Part shown: in pieces, positions 28,471 to 38,538 of the stretch | Position numbering within the stretch: the stretch's first letter is position 1 | Layout: each line of letters begins with the position of its first letter | Source of the DNA: an uncultured delta proteobacterium | GTDB lineage: Bacteria > Myxococcota_A > UBA9160 > SMWR01 | DNA: 64,000 nt | Assembly (NCBI GenBank): GCA_963832165.1 | Contig: CAWHTE010000005.1 | Span: forward strand, 192,001 to 256,000 | Direction of reading: 5' to 3' | The notes under the pieces: model-generated | What the model saw: only the letters and a program-made list of their open reading frames with translations | Told to the model about the DNA's origin: nothing | Databases searched by the model: none | Made by a program: the position numbers and the translations under genes

Positions 28471-29622
28471 ATGCGAACCCAGCTGATGGAGGAGCTCGGC
28501 ATCGAGTTCCCGATCTTCGCTTTCACGCCACTGCCGCGACGTCGTCGCCGCGGTCACGAAGGCCGGCGGGCTCGGCGTGCTCGGCGCCGTCGCGCACACC
28601 CCGAGCAGCTCGAGATCGAGCTCGACGTGGATCGACGAACGAGGTCGGCGGCCAGCCCCTACGGCGTCGACCTGCTGCTGCCCGCGAAGTACGTCGGCGC
28701 CGAGCGAGGGCGGGCATCGACGCCGCCGAGCTCGGCGGCGCTGATCCCCGAGCGAGCACCGCGCGTTCGTCGACGACGCTGCTCGAGAAGTACGAGCGTG
28801 CCGCCGCTGCCCGACGAGGACGAGCGCATGACCGGCCGGCGTCGGCTGGCGCCTGGTCGCACAAGGGCGCCGAGCCGCTGCTCGACGTCGTCTTCGCCCA
28901 CCCGATCCGCCTGATCGCCAACGCGCTCGGGCCGCCGCCGCGCTGCATGGTCGAGCGGGCGCACGCGCGCGGACGTGCTCGTGGCCGCGCTGGCCGGCAC
29001 GGCCGCAGCACGCCGAGCGCCAGCAGTGCCGCCGGCGTCGACATCATCGTCGCCCAGGGCAACGAGGCCGGCGGCCACACCGGCGAGATCGCGACGATGG
29101 TGCTCGTGCCCGAGGTCGTCGACGCGTCGCGCCCGATCCCGGTGCTCGCCGCCGGCGGCATCGGCACGCGGCCGCCAGATGGCGGCCGCGCTCGCCCTCG
29201 GCGCCGAGGGCGTGTGGTGCGGCTCGGTGTGGCTCACCACCGAGGAGGCCGAGACCCACCCGGTCGGTCAAGGAGAAGTTCCTCGCGGCCGACGTCGTCG
29301 CGACACGGTGCGGTCGCGCTCGCTGACCGGGCAAGCCGGCGCGCAAGCTGCGCACCGCGTGGACCGACGAGTGGGACAGCCCGGCGCAACCCCGAGCCGC
29401 TGCCGATGCCGCTGCAGATCGAAGCTCGTCGCGGAGGCGCAGGAGCGGATCCAGCGCACGGCTCACAACCGACGCGGCGATCGGCCGAGCTCGCGAACTA
29501 CTTCGTCGGGCCAGATCGTCGGCTCGCTGAATCACGTCAAGTCGGTGCGCGCGGTAATGGAGGAGTTTGCGCTCGAGTACGCCGACACGATGGAGCGGCT
29601 CGACGAGATCGCAGAGCCGTAG
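28471..29622 (+). pseudogene. Nitronate monooxygenase-family protein, heavily frameshifted
   Basis: Fragments: LGIEFPIFAF, GVDIIVAQGNEAGGHTG, PVLAAGGIG, GAEGVWCGSVWLTTEEA. Confidence 0.85.
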
Positions 29623-29644
29623 GGGCGCCCGAAGGCGGCGGCGC

Positions 29645-30550
29645 TCAGTGGCCGGATTCGATCCGCTCGAGCCAGCCGAGCAGCTCGCGATGGACCTGCT
29701 CGCGGTTCGTCTCGTTCAACACCTCGTGGCGCGCGCCCGGGTAGTAGATCGCCTCCACATCGAGCCCCGCGCCGCGCATGCGCTGCTCGAGCACGCGCAC
29801 GTTCGAGCCACCGTTCGAGACGGGATCGGCGTCGCCCGTGAGCAGCAGGATCGGGAGATGGGGCGGGATCGCGGCGATCGCATCGGGCTCCATCTCGCGC
29901 GTCGCCATGGCCATCAGGTCGGCGACGAAACCGTGGGTCATCGGCAGTGCATCGCCGCAGAACGGATCTGCGATGTAGGCGTCGACCTCGGCCGGGTCGC
30001 GCGAGAGCCAGTCGAAGGGCGTGCGCGCGTTCTCGATTCCGGCATTGAAGGCCGAGAGGCCGGCGAAGGGCTGATCGGCGAGGCCGGCCTCGACGGCCTC
30101 GCGCACGGCGCTTGCCGTCTCGAGCAGGGCCCCGTCCGCGCCGGGCGAGCCCGACAGCGCGAGACCCGCGAGCGAGGCGCCGCGCTGCTCGGCGAAGGCC
30201 TGCGAGATCAGCGCGCCCATCGAGTGCCCGAACAGCACCGTCGGCAGCGCGCCGACGTCTGCCTGTGCGATCTCGATCAATTGCGCGAGATCGCCCAGCA
30301 CGCCGTTCATGCCCGAGGGGCCCGTGCGGCCGCGGCCCGTGGAGGCGGCGGTGAGTCCGTGGCCGCGATGGTCGGGCGCGTAGACCGCATAGCCGCGGTG
30401 CGTGAGCGCCCCGGCGACGCGCCCATAGCGGCCCGAGTGCTCCGACATCCCGTGCGCGATCACCACGACCCGCCGCGGCTTTCCGCCCGGCAGCCAGCGT
30501 CGGTAGAACACGTCCACCCCGTCGCCATCGCGGAACTCGAGCTCGTCCAC
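29645..30550 (-). CDS. Alpha/beta hydrolase (lysophospholipase-like)
   Basis: HGMSEHSGRY, DHRGHG, GHSMG, DPV, RHEVLNE. Confidence 0.92.
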   Translation of the reverse strand: MDELEFRDGDGVDVFYRRWLPGGKPRRVVVIAHGMSEHSGRYGRVAGALTHRGYAVYAPDHRGHGLTAASTGRGRTGPSGMNGVLGDLAQLIEIAQADVGALPTVLFGHSMGALISQAFAEQRGASLAGLALSGSPGADGALLETASAVREAVEAGLADQPFAGLSAFNAGIENARTPFDWLSRDPAEVDAYIADPFCGDALPMTHGFVADLMAMATREMEPDAIAAIPPHLPILLLTGDADPVSNGGSNVRVLEQRMRGAGLDVEAIYYPGARHEVLNETNREQVHRELLGWLERIESGH

Positions 30551-30638
30551 GCTCCCTCCTCGTCGGCGGTCGGACACATTGAGAATCCACGTCCGAAAGA
30601 GATGACCGCCCGCAAGCGCCCGGAGCCCAGCGACGCGT

Positions 30639-32187
30639 TCACTTCCCGACTTGTGCCTTCGCCGCTGCGCGTCGCTCCTGCTGCTCGGTGAGCAGACGGT
30701 AGGCGACGTAGTACTTGAAGATGTTGCTCACGTAGGTGACCGTTTCGCGGCCGATCCGCTCCGAGGCGACGCGCTCGACGTTGCCGAACCACACGTTCGG
30801 ATCGAGGCCCCGCTCCTCCGCCTCGCGGCGGAGCTGCCGGATGCGTCCCGGCCCGGCGTTGTAGGACGCGAACGTCATGAGCGCCTTGTTCAGATTGTCC
30901 ATCGGCTCGTTCGTGTAGTAGCGGTCGACCATGAACCGCATGTACTTCACGCCGGCGTGGATGTTGGCATCGATCTCGGTGATGTCGCCGACGTTCAGCT
31001 CCTTTCCGGTCGGCGGCATGACCTGCATCACGCCAATCGCGCCAACCGGGCTCTTGACGTTCTGGTCGAGCGTCGATTCCTGGTAGCCCTGCGCCGCCAT
31101 CAGCAGGTAATCGAGGTTGTACTGCGCCCTGTACTTCTTGAACAGCTCGACCACCGCCTGCAACTTCCGGCGCTCGGCATCGGCCGCGGCGTTCTTCGCG
31201 TACTTGACGTTCTGGAGATAGCGACGTTCGATCACGTTGCGAAAGGCGTCGCCCTTGCCGTGCTTCCGGATCCACGCGTTGACGACCTCTCGGAGCTTGG
31301 GATTCTCCTTGCGAAACGCGACGGCCAGGATGCCGCCAGACCGCACGGTGACGTCCCGGTGCACCGTGAGGTCGGTGAACACCTTGCTCCAGAACTCGGC
31401 GAGATAGTCGTCCACGACGGTGATCGGCGCGAGGCCGGCGTTGACCATCTCGAGCACGTCATCGTCTTCGAGCACGTCGGGGGCGACCGTCGATCACCAC
31501 CGGCGGCTTGCCGCGCGCTTTCAGTTGCTCGTTCAGGCTGACGAGGCTCTCGTCGTAGATGCTCCCCTTGCGGACGAACACCTCCTGGCCGGCCAGATCG
31601 TCCACCGTGACGATCGGCGGCGCTCCTGGCCCGGTGACCACCACTTCGCTCACATTGGTGCGCGTCGGCTCCGAGAAGGCGACGAGTTTCTCCCGCTCGG
31701 GCGTGACGGTCACCATGGCCGCGACCATGTCGACCTTGCCGCTCGTGAGCGCCGGGTACAGCTGATCGCGCGACATCGGCACGATCACCACGTGCACCTT
31801 GAGGTTGCCGGTCTTCAAGTCCGCGTTCAGATCCTTCTCGAACAGCTTCAACGACTCGTACGTCAGCCCGCGCTCCTGCCCCTTGTCGATGAAGTAGTGC
31901 GTGCGGTTGAAGGTCACGCCAACGCGAATCGCGCGACGCTCGACCATCGCGTCGAAGTCGCCGGTGAACGGTGCGTCGATCTTGCTCCGCACGCCTTCCG
32001 GAAGCGCGTCGAACGGCGAGGCGGTGTCCGGGATCGGCGCCTCGTCTGCGGACGATGCCGGCGAGGTGCCCGGCGGCGCAGCCTGCGGCTCTGTTCCCGG
32101 CGCTTGCTCCTGCTCTCGGGAGCAGCCCGTCGCGGCCGCGACGGCCAGCGCGACGACAACCCACATCGCTGCGAATGTGACTCTCAT
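30639..32187 (-). CDS. MltF-like lytic transglycosylase (SBP plus SLT domains), one frameshift near 31480
   Basis: Lipoprotein signal, SBP domain, QES, GAIGVMQ, ASYNAG. Confidence 0.85.
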
Positions 32188-32270
32188 GGTCGAGCGCTCC
32201 GCGGTGCCCGCTAGCCGGGGCATTTGGCCGAATGTTACTCCTCGGACCTTGCGGGAATCCAGTTGGACTA

Positions 32271-32296
32271 CTCCGCTCGGCTGCGCCTCGCTGCGC
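32271..32296 (-). repeat. Dispersed REP-like repeat, copy 1
   Basis: GCGCAGCGAGGCGCAGCCGAGCGGAG; similar to 51210 and 53901. Confidence 0.7.
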
Positions 32297-32404
32297 GAAT
32301 CCCTCCCCTTGCACGTGATACGGAGGTAGTGCCGCGAGAGCTCGCATGAGCGTTTCGGGCGCCGATTACTGCTAGTTCGCTCCGACCACGGGTGCGGTGG
32401 TGAT

Positions 32405-33721
32405 TCACCGCTTCGGGCGCCGCCTGCGCCGCGCCACCTCCTGCGCGAGCGCGAGGGCCTCCTCGCGCGAGTGCAGCGCACCGTCGAGATAGGCGGAGCG
32501 GATCCGCTCGAGTGCGCGTCCGACGCTCGGGCCCGCGAGACCCGCCGCGACGAGGTCATCACCCGTGACGGGCAAGCGTCGATGGCGGTCGTCGCTCGCA
32601 TAGCGCACCACGCGCCGGCGCAGCGCCGGAGGTGCACCCGCGTACACCGCGTAGAGCGCCTCCTCGGAGAGGTCGCCGAGCACCGCATCGATCGCGCCGC
32701 GCCCGCGCCCGCGCGCGAGCGCGCGCACCGCGCGCTCCGCCTCCTGCGGCAGATCGGCGACGCGCCGCGCGGGCTCGCCGCGTACGCCGAACCGGCGCAG
32801 CGCGCGGCGGCGCAGTGCGGCGGGCAGCGGCCCGAGCCATACCCCGAAGCCGGCCATCCACGCGCGCCACCGCCCGCTCTTCCAGGGCGGCTGAGCGATC
32901 GCGCGTCCGAGGCGCCGCAGCGGCAGCGCGGATTCGCGCGGAAGCCGAAGCCCGGGCTCGAGCGCGCCGAGCACGTGCCAGTCGTCGAGCAGGCGCAGCG
33001 CGTGAGCGGGATCGAGCCCGCGGTGCGCGTCCTCGAACACGCGCTCGAGCTCGCGACGCAGCCGGTCACCGGATACGGGCCCGAAGCATCCGTCGCGCAG
33101 CGCGCTGCGCAGCGCGACGCGCGAGCCGGGCGCGAGCGAGAAGTCGAGCCGCGGACCGAGCCGCCCCGCGCGCAGCGCGCGCGTCGGATCGTCGTGGAAG
33201 CTCTTCTCGTGCAGGATGCGCAGTCGGCGCGCGGCCAGGTCCGCCATGCCGTCGAAGAGATCGACGATCTCGGGATGACGCGCGCGCGCCGCCCGTGACA
33301 GCGGGAGCGCGAGCGCGTTCACGCTGAAGTCGCGCCGCGCGAGGTCCTGCGCGAGATCGCCCGGCGCCACGGTCGGCAGCGCGCCCGCGTGCGCGTAGCT
33401 CTCGCTGCGCACGGTCGCGAAGTCGATCGCGGCTTCGGGCGTGCGCAGCTCGGCGGTGCCGAAGCGCTCGTAGCGGGTCACCTTGCCCGCCGCGCCGGCC
33501 GCGCGCGCCGCGAGCGCGCCCGCGCGCGCCGGATCGGGGTCCTCGATCAGGAGATCGATGTCCACGAGCGGACGGCCGAGCAGCCAGTCGCGCACGGGTC
33601 CACCCACGAGCAGCACCGATACGCCGTCCGTATCGGCCGCGCGCAGCACCGTGCGCACGAGCTCCGCGGACGCGGGCGGCAGGCTCGCGAGCGCTGCATG
33701 CGCTCGAGACTCGCGTGTCAC
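32405..33721 (-). CDS. CCA tRNA nucleotidyltransferase / poly(A) polymerase family
   Basis: VGGPVRD, DID, DLARRDFSVNA, SFHDDPTRALR. Confidence 0.9.
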   Translation of the reverse strand: MTRESRAHAALASLPPASAELVRTVLRAADTDGVSVLLVGGPVRDWLLGRPLVDIDLLIEDPDPARAGALAARAAGAAGKVTRYERFGTAELRTPEAAIDFATVRSESYAHAGALPTVAPGDLAQDLARRDFSVNALALPLSRAARARHPEIVDLFDGMADLAARRLRILHEKSFHDDPTRALRAGRLGPRLDFSLAPGSRVALRSALRDGCFGPVSGDRLRRELERVFEDAHRGLDPAHALRLLDDWHVLGALEPGLRLPRESALPLRRLGRAIAQPPWKSGRWRAWMAGFGVWLGPLPAALRRRALRRFGVRGEPARRVADLPQEAERAVRALARGRGRGAIDAVLGDLSEEALYAVYAGAPPALRRRVVRYASDDRHRRLPVTGDDLVAAGLAGPSVGRALERIRSAYLDGALHSREEALALAQEVARRRRRPKR

Positions 33722-34656
33722 GACCGGGCAGAGCCTCCGCCGCGCGGATGGCGGCGCTCCACCGTCTCGCGCAACCGCGCGCGACTCACATGCGTGTAGA
33801 TCTGGGTCGTCGAGAGGTCGGCGTGGCCGAGCAGCGTCTGCACCACGCGCAGATCGGCGCCGCCCTCGAGCAGATCGGTGGCAAACGCGTGTCGCAGCAC
33901 GTGGGGCGACACGCGGTCACTCGCGACGTTGGCCCGCCGCGCGATCGCGCGCAGCCGCGCGAAGAAGTTCTGGCGCGTCATCGCGCGTCCGCGCCGGGTC
34001 AGGAACAGCGCCTCGGGCTCGCGGCGCGCGCCGCGCGTGAGTAGCGGCCACGCCTCGGCGAGATAGCGCGCCACGGCCTCGAGCGCGGGCTCGCCGAGCG
34101 GCACCTGTCGCTCGACGCGCCCCTTGCCGACCACGCGCAGCCACCCGCCGCGCTGTTCGAGCGCCGCGCGCGGCAGACCCACGAGCTCCGACACGCGCAG
34201 TCCTGCGCCGTAGAGCACCTCGAGCATCGCGCGGTCGCGCAGCGGGAGCGGACCCTCGCCCTGCCCGGCCGCCTCGATCAGCGCCGCGGTCTCGTCGCGG
34301 CGCAGGATGCGCGGCAGCGTGCGGTCGACGCGCGGCGAGTCGACACCGCGCACCGGATCCACGCTGAACGCGAGGGTTGCGCCCGCGAAGCGCAGCAGAC
34401 GGCGCGTGGCGACGAGCGCGCGCGCGCGGCTGCGCGCTGCGAGGCCGCGCCGCGAGAGCGCCGCCGCGAAGCCCGCGAGGTGCTCGGGCGCCACGTCGTG
34501 CAGGCTGCGCACCGCAGCCGCATCGAGGAAGCCCGCGAGCTGCGCGAGGTCACGGCCGTACGCCTCGACGGTGCGCGGCGAAAGCCCGCGCTCGACCGCC
34601 GAGTGGCGCAGGAACGCGTCGATTCCGCTCCCGATCTCAGACGGCTGCGGCTGCAT
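33718..34656 (-). CDS. xerD: Tyrosine recombinase XerD
   Basis: GLRVSE, GKG, SPHVLRHAFAT, LLGHADLSTTQIYTHV. Confidence 0.9.
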   Translation of the reverse strand: MQPQPSEIGSGIDAFLRHSAVERGLSPRTVEAYGRDLAQLAGFLDAAAVRSLHDVAPEHLAGFAAALSRRGLAARSRARALVATRRLLRFAGATLAFSVDPVRGVDSPRVDRTLPRILRRDETAALIEAAGQGEGPLPLRDRAMLEVLYGAGLRVSELVGLPRAALEQRGGWLRVVGKGRVERQVPLGEPALEAVARYLAEAWPLLTRGARREPEALFLTRRGRAMTRQNFFARLRAIARRANVASDRVSPHVLRHAFATDLLEGGADLRVVQTLLGHADLSTTQIYTHVSRARLRETVERRHPRGGGSARS

Positions 34657-37339
34657 GCCCATCGCCCGACCCCATCGCCGCGAGCAGGTCGCGACGCAGC
34701 GCCGCGATCGCATCCTCGTCCGAGATCTTCCGGCCCTCGTCGTCCTTCAGGTAGAACGTGTCGCTCACCTGGTCGAGCACCTTGCCCGCCTTCGAGATGT
34801 AGACCTCGTAGCCGTGCTCCGCGATCACGCGCGTGAGGTCGTGCAGGAGACCCAGACGATCATTCGCGAGCACGTCGACGATCGTGTAGAAGTCCGACTC
34901 CTCGTTCGAGATCTCCACCTCTTCGGACTGGCGCGGCGACGGTGCCATGCCGCTGCCTAGCGGTCGCCCGCGACGCGTCAAGAGCTCGGCCACGCCGATC
35001 TCGCCCCCGATCACGCGCTCGAGCGACTTCAAGAAGTCCTGCCAGACCATCTCGCGCGCTGCCTCGTCGCCCGCGGGCGTCGTGACGCGGTAGATCTCGA
35101 GCGCCATCCCGTCTCGCATCGTGTAGACGTGCGCACCCAGGATGTTCATGTGGTGTGCGCTGAGCACGCCCGACACGTTCGAGTAGAGCCCGTGCACGTC
35201 GCGCGTGTACACGATGAATTCGGTGAAGTCGCCGCGCATCTCCCGGATCCCGTGCGTGAACAGCCGGCCCTGGCGGTATTCCATCGCCACGCGCGCGTGG
35301 CGCGCGATCTGCGTGGGCGTATGCGAGATGAAGTAGCGCTGCGGGATCAGGTCGAAGTACTCGCCGATCGCCGCCTCCGAGACGCCTTCGCCGCGCAGCT
35401 CCTCGGCCGCCGCGGTGCGCCGCGTCTCGACACGCCGCTCGAACAGCTCCGTCGCGCGCGCCATGTCGTCGGCGCCCGTCTCGAGCAGCTCGCTGGTCTT
35501 CTCGAACAGCTCCTGGATCAGGCTGCCCTTCCACTCCGTCCACGCCTTCTTCGACGACGCGCGGATGTCGACCACGGTGAGCAGGTAGAGCAGGCGCAGC
35601 TGGCTGCGGTTGCCCACCGTGCGCGCGAAATCGAGCACGAGGCGCGGGTCGGAGAGATCGCGCCGCTGTGCGATGTGCGACATCACGAGGTGCTCCTGCA
35701 CCAGGAACACCACCGTGTCGATCAGCTCCGGGTCGAGGCCCATCCGCTCGAGGCACGTGCGCGCGAGCACCGCGCCCTTCGGCGAGTGGTCCCCGCCGAA
35801 GCCCTTGCCGATGTCGTGCATCAGGCAGCCCAGGATCAGCGGCAGGAGATCGTCTTCGTCGCGCACGAGCTGAGTCAGTCCGGGCAGCTCCTTCTCGAAG
35901 TCGCCCTTCCACAGCCGGCGCACCTCTTCGACCAGGAAGATCGAGTGCACGTCGATCGTGTACGTGTGGTACATCACGTGCTGCCAGCGGTTGACGATGT
36001 GCTCCCACTCGGGCAGGAAGCGCGCGAGCAGCCCGACTTCGTTCATCGTCACGAGCGTGCGCGTCACGCGCCGCTCCGCGCGCAGGATCTCGAGGAAGAG
36101 CGCGACGGCGGCTGGATTGCGCCGGTAGTCGTCGTCGATCAGATCGAGGTTCTCGCGGATCATCCGGCGCGCCTTGCGCGTGAGCGGAACGTCGTGGCGC
36201 TGGGCCACCACGAACGCGCGCAAGAGCAGCAGCGGATCGCGGCGCAGCTGCAGCCCATGCGGGATCTCGAGCTGGCTGTCGGCGATGCGCAGCCCCTCCT
36301 CCACGTCGCGCACGCGGCGCCGGCGCGGCTTCGCCACGCGCGCGTGGCACTGCTCCATGATCAGCGACGCGGAGTTGAGCACGTTGCGCGCGTGGCGGTA
36401 GTAGTCGCGCATCAGGTGCTCGACGGGCAGTCCCTCGGGCCCTTCCGGCTCGTAGCCGAACGCCACCGCGATGTGCTCCTGGAGGTCGAAGCTCATCTGG
36501 TCGTGCTTGCGGTCCGCGAACAGGTGCATCTCGTTGCGCACGCGCCAGAGGAACTCCAGCGCCTCGTTCATGCCCTGCATCTCCTGGTGCGTGAGCAGCC
36601 CCTGGTGCAGGAAGTCGCTGCGGCTCCGCGTGCCCGGCAGCGCCGCCTGCATCGCCCACCACGCAGCGTGGTAGTCGCGCAGCCCGCCCGCGCCCTCCTT
36701 CACGTTCGGCTGCAGGAGATAGAGCGAGTCTCCGTAGCGGGTGTGGCGCTGCTGGGTCGCCTCGATCAGCCCTTTGATGAAGGGCTCGGGCCGATCGAGC
36801 AGGCGGTCCTGCACCATGCGCGTGAACTGGTGGAAGAGCATCCCGCTGCCGGCGAGGAAGCGCGGCGCGAGCAGCGAGGTGCACACCGTGGTGTCGCCAC
36901 GCGCGAGCTGGATCGTGTCTGCGAGCGTGCGCGTGGAGCCGCCCAGTGTCACCTGGGCGTCCCAGAGCCAGGTCTGGAGCCGCTCCGCCACCGCCTTCAC
37001 GTACTTCGTCACGTGGTCGCGGTACAGGCACAGGAGGTCGACGTCCGAGTGGATGCTCATCTCGCGGCGCGCATAGCCGCCGACCGCCACCACGCAGAAC
37101 TCGCTCGGGCCCTCGCCCCCCTCGTTCAGGTACTGCGCCTCCGAGAGCTCGAACAGCCGCCGCACGAGCCCGTCGATCAGATCCGAGTGGGACTTGTTCA
37201 GCTCGCGGCCCGAGGCGCCCGCGGCGTGCCGATCGCGCAGGTGCTCGCGCGCAGCGGCCAGGTAGCTGCGTGCGGCGAGTGCGACCTCGTTCGGGCGCTG
37301 ATCGAGCCGCAGCACCGCCGATACGTCGGGCAGGCTCAC
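34637..37339 (-). CDS. glnD: [Protein-PII] uridylyltransferase
   Basis: AVGGYAR, SDVD, PNVKEGAGGLRD, HD domain, two ACT domains. Confidence 0.95.
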   Translation of the reverse strand: MSLPDVSAVLRLDQRPNEVALAARSYLAAAREHLRDRHAAGASGRELNKSHSDLIDGLVRRLFELSEAQYLNEGGEGPSEFCVVAVGGYARREMSIHSDVDLLCLYRDHVTKYVKAVAERLQTWLWDAQVTLGGSTRTLADTIQLARGDTTVCTSLLAPRFLAGSGMLFHQFTRMVQDRLLDRPEPFIKGLIEATQQRHTRYGDSLYLLQPNVKEGAGGLRDYHAAWWAMQAALPGTRSRSDFLHQGLLTHQEMQGMNEALEFLWRVRNEMHLFADRKHDQMSFDLQEHIAVAFGYEPEGPEGLPVEHLMRDYYRHARNVLNSASLIMEQCHARVAKPRRRRVRDVEEGLRIADSQLEIPHGLQLRRDPLLLLRAFVVAQRHDVPLTRKARRMIRENLDLIDDDYRRNPAAVALFLEILRAERRVTRTLVTMNEVGLLARFLPEWEHIVNRWQHVMYHTYTIDVHSIFLVEEVRRLWKGDFEKELPGLTQLVRDEDDLLPLILGCLMHDIGKGFGGDHSPKGAVLARTCLERMGLDPELIDTVVFLVQEHLVMSHIAQRRDLSDPRLVLDFARTVGNRSQLRLLYLLTVVDIRASSKKAWTEWKGSLIQELFEKTSELLETGADDMARATELFERRVETRRTAAAEELRGEGVSEAAIGEYFDLIPQRYFISHTPTQIARHARVAMEYRQGRLFTHGIREMRGDFTEFIVYTRDVHGLYSNVSGVLSAHHMNILGAHVYTMRDGMALEIYRVTTPAGDEAAREMVWQDFLKSLERVIGGEIGVAELLTRRGRPLGSGMAPSPRQSEEVEISNEESDFYTIVDVLANDRLGLLHDLTRVIAEHGYEVYISKAGKVLDQVSDTFYLKDDEGRKISDEDAIAALRRDLLAAMGSGDGHAAAAV

Positions 37340-38538
37340 GGCACGCTCGCCGTGACCGATCCGAACCCGTTTCGGTAATCGGACAGCCCCCGTGCGATCT
37401 GCTCCGCGAGCGCCCCGACGTAGCGGTCGTCGCGCAGCCGCTTCGCCTCGCCCGCGTGGGTCACGAACCCCGACTCGACGAGCACCGAGGGCATGCTCGA
37501 CAGGAACAGCACGTAGAACGGACCTTTCTTCACGCCGAGATCGGCGACGGGCCGGTACTCGCGCGGAAGCCCCGTGATCAGCTCGCGCTGCAGGTGTTCG
37601 GCGAGGCGCCGCGACGAGGGCGACACCTCTCCCACGCGCAGCTTCGCGAGCGTGCGCTGGAGTGCGTTGAGCTGCGCTCGGCTCACGCCGTTCTCGCGGG
37701 CCGCGACGCGCAGGCTGTGCCGCTCGTGGTTCGCATCGGGGTAGTAGGTCTCGATGCCGTGGAGCGAGCGGCGCCGCGCGGCGTTCGCGTGCAGCGACAC
37801 GAACACGTCGCCGCGCGCACCCTCCGCGATCGCCGTGCGCTCCTCCAGCGAGAGCGTGCGATCCCCGTTGCGCGTCATCACCACCGAGAAGCCGCGCGCC
37901 TCGAGTCTCGGCTTGAGCGCGAGCGCAAGCCGCAGCGTCACGTCTTTCTCGCGCAGCCCGCCCACGCCGATCGCGCCCGGGTCGTTCCCGCCGTGTCCGG
38001 GGTCGAGCACGACCGTCTGCGGAACGCGCAGGTCGGCCGGCAGGCGCGCCGTCTCGGACCCGGACCCGGACCCGGATCCGTGTCCGGGCGCGGGTGCGGA
38101 CCCGGGCTCGGTCGAGCGCGCATCGAGACGCGATCCGTAGACGTCGATCACGAGCCGGTTGGGGTGCGTGAGCAGGAGCACGCGGTGGCGCACGTAGGTC
38201 TGGAGGTCGAGCACGACGCGCGCGTCGCGGCGCGTGTTCTGGCCGATCCGCACCCCGCGCAGCAGGCCGTCGCCGACCGGCACGCCCTGATCGAAACGGG
38301 TGCCGACCCAGACGCCCTCGAGGTCGAGGTAGATGCGCTCGGGCCGGCCGTCCGCGGGCGGCAGCTTCTGCGGCGTGCCCTTGAGCACGGCCTCGCCCGA
38401 CAGCTCCACCACCACGCGCGTGTAGTCGGGATAGGACCAGTGGCGCAGCTCCACGACGTCGAGCAGCGCCGGCGGGCGATCGACGCCCGCGAGCAACGCG
38501 GCGAGCGCGGCGAGCACGCCCGAGGCCGCGGGGCTCAC
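37336..38538 (-). CDS. N-acetylmuramoyl-L-alanine amidase (AMIN plus Amidase_3)
   Basis: LDPGHGGNDPG, EKD, SLHANA, SVLVESGF. Confidence 0.93.
   Translation of the reverse strand: MSPAASGVLAALAALLAGVDRPPALLDVVELRHWSYPDYTRVVVELSGEAVLKGTPQKLPPADGRPERIYLDLEGVWVGTRFDQGVPVGDGLLRGVRIGQNTRRDARVVLDLQTYVRHRVLLLTHPNRLVIDVYGSRLDARSTEPGSAPAPGHGSGSGSGSETARLPADLRVPQTVVLDPGHGGNDPGAIGVGGLREKDVTLRLALALKPRLEARGFSVVMTRNGDRTLSLEERTAIAEGARGDVFVSLHANAARRRSLHGIETYYPDANHERHSLRVAARENGVSRAQLNALQRTLAKLRVGEVSPSSRRLAEHLQRELITGLPREYRPVADLGVKKGPFYVLFLSSMPSVLVESGFVTHAGEAKRLRDDRYVGALAEQIARGLSDYRNGFGSVTASVP

Noticed and set aside
33718..34656. Second mobile-element integrase
   Set aside because: Typical XerD embedded in a housekeeping operon
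38056..38080. GGACCC tandem repeat
   Set aside because: Encodes a Gly-Ser linker in the amidase
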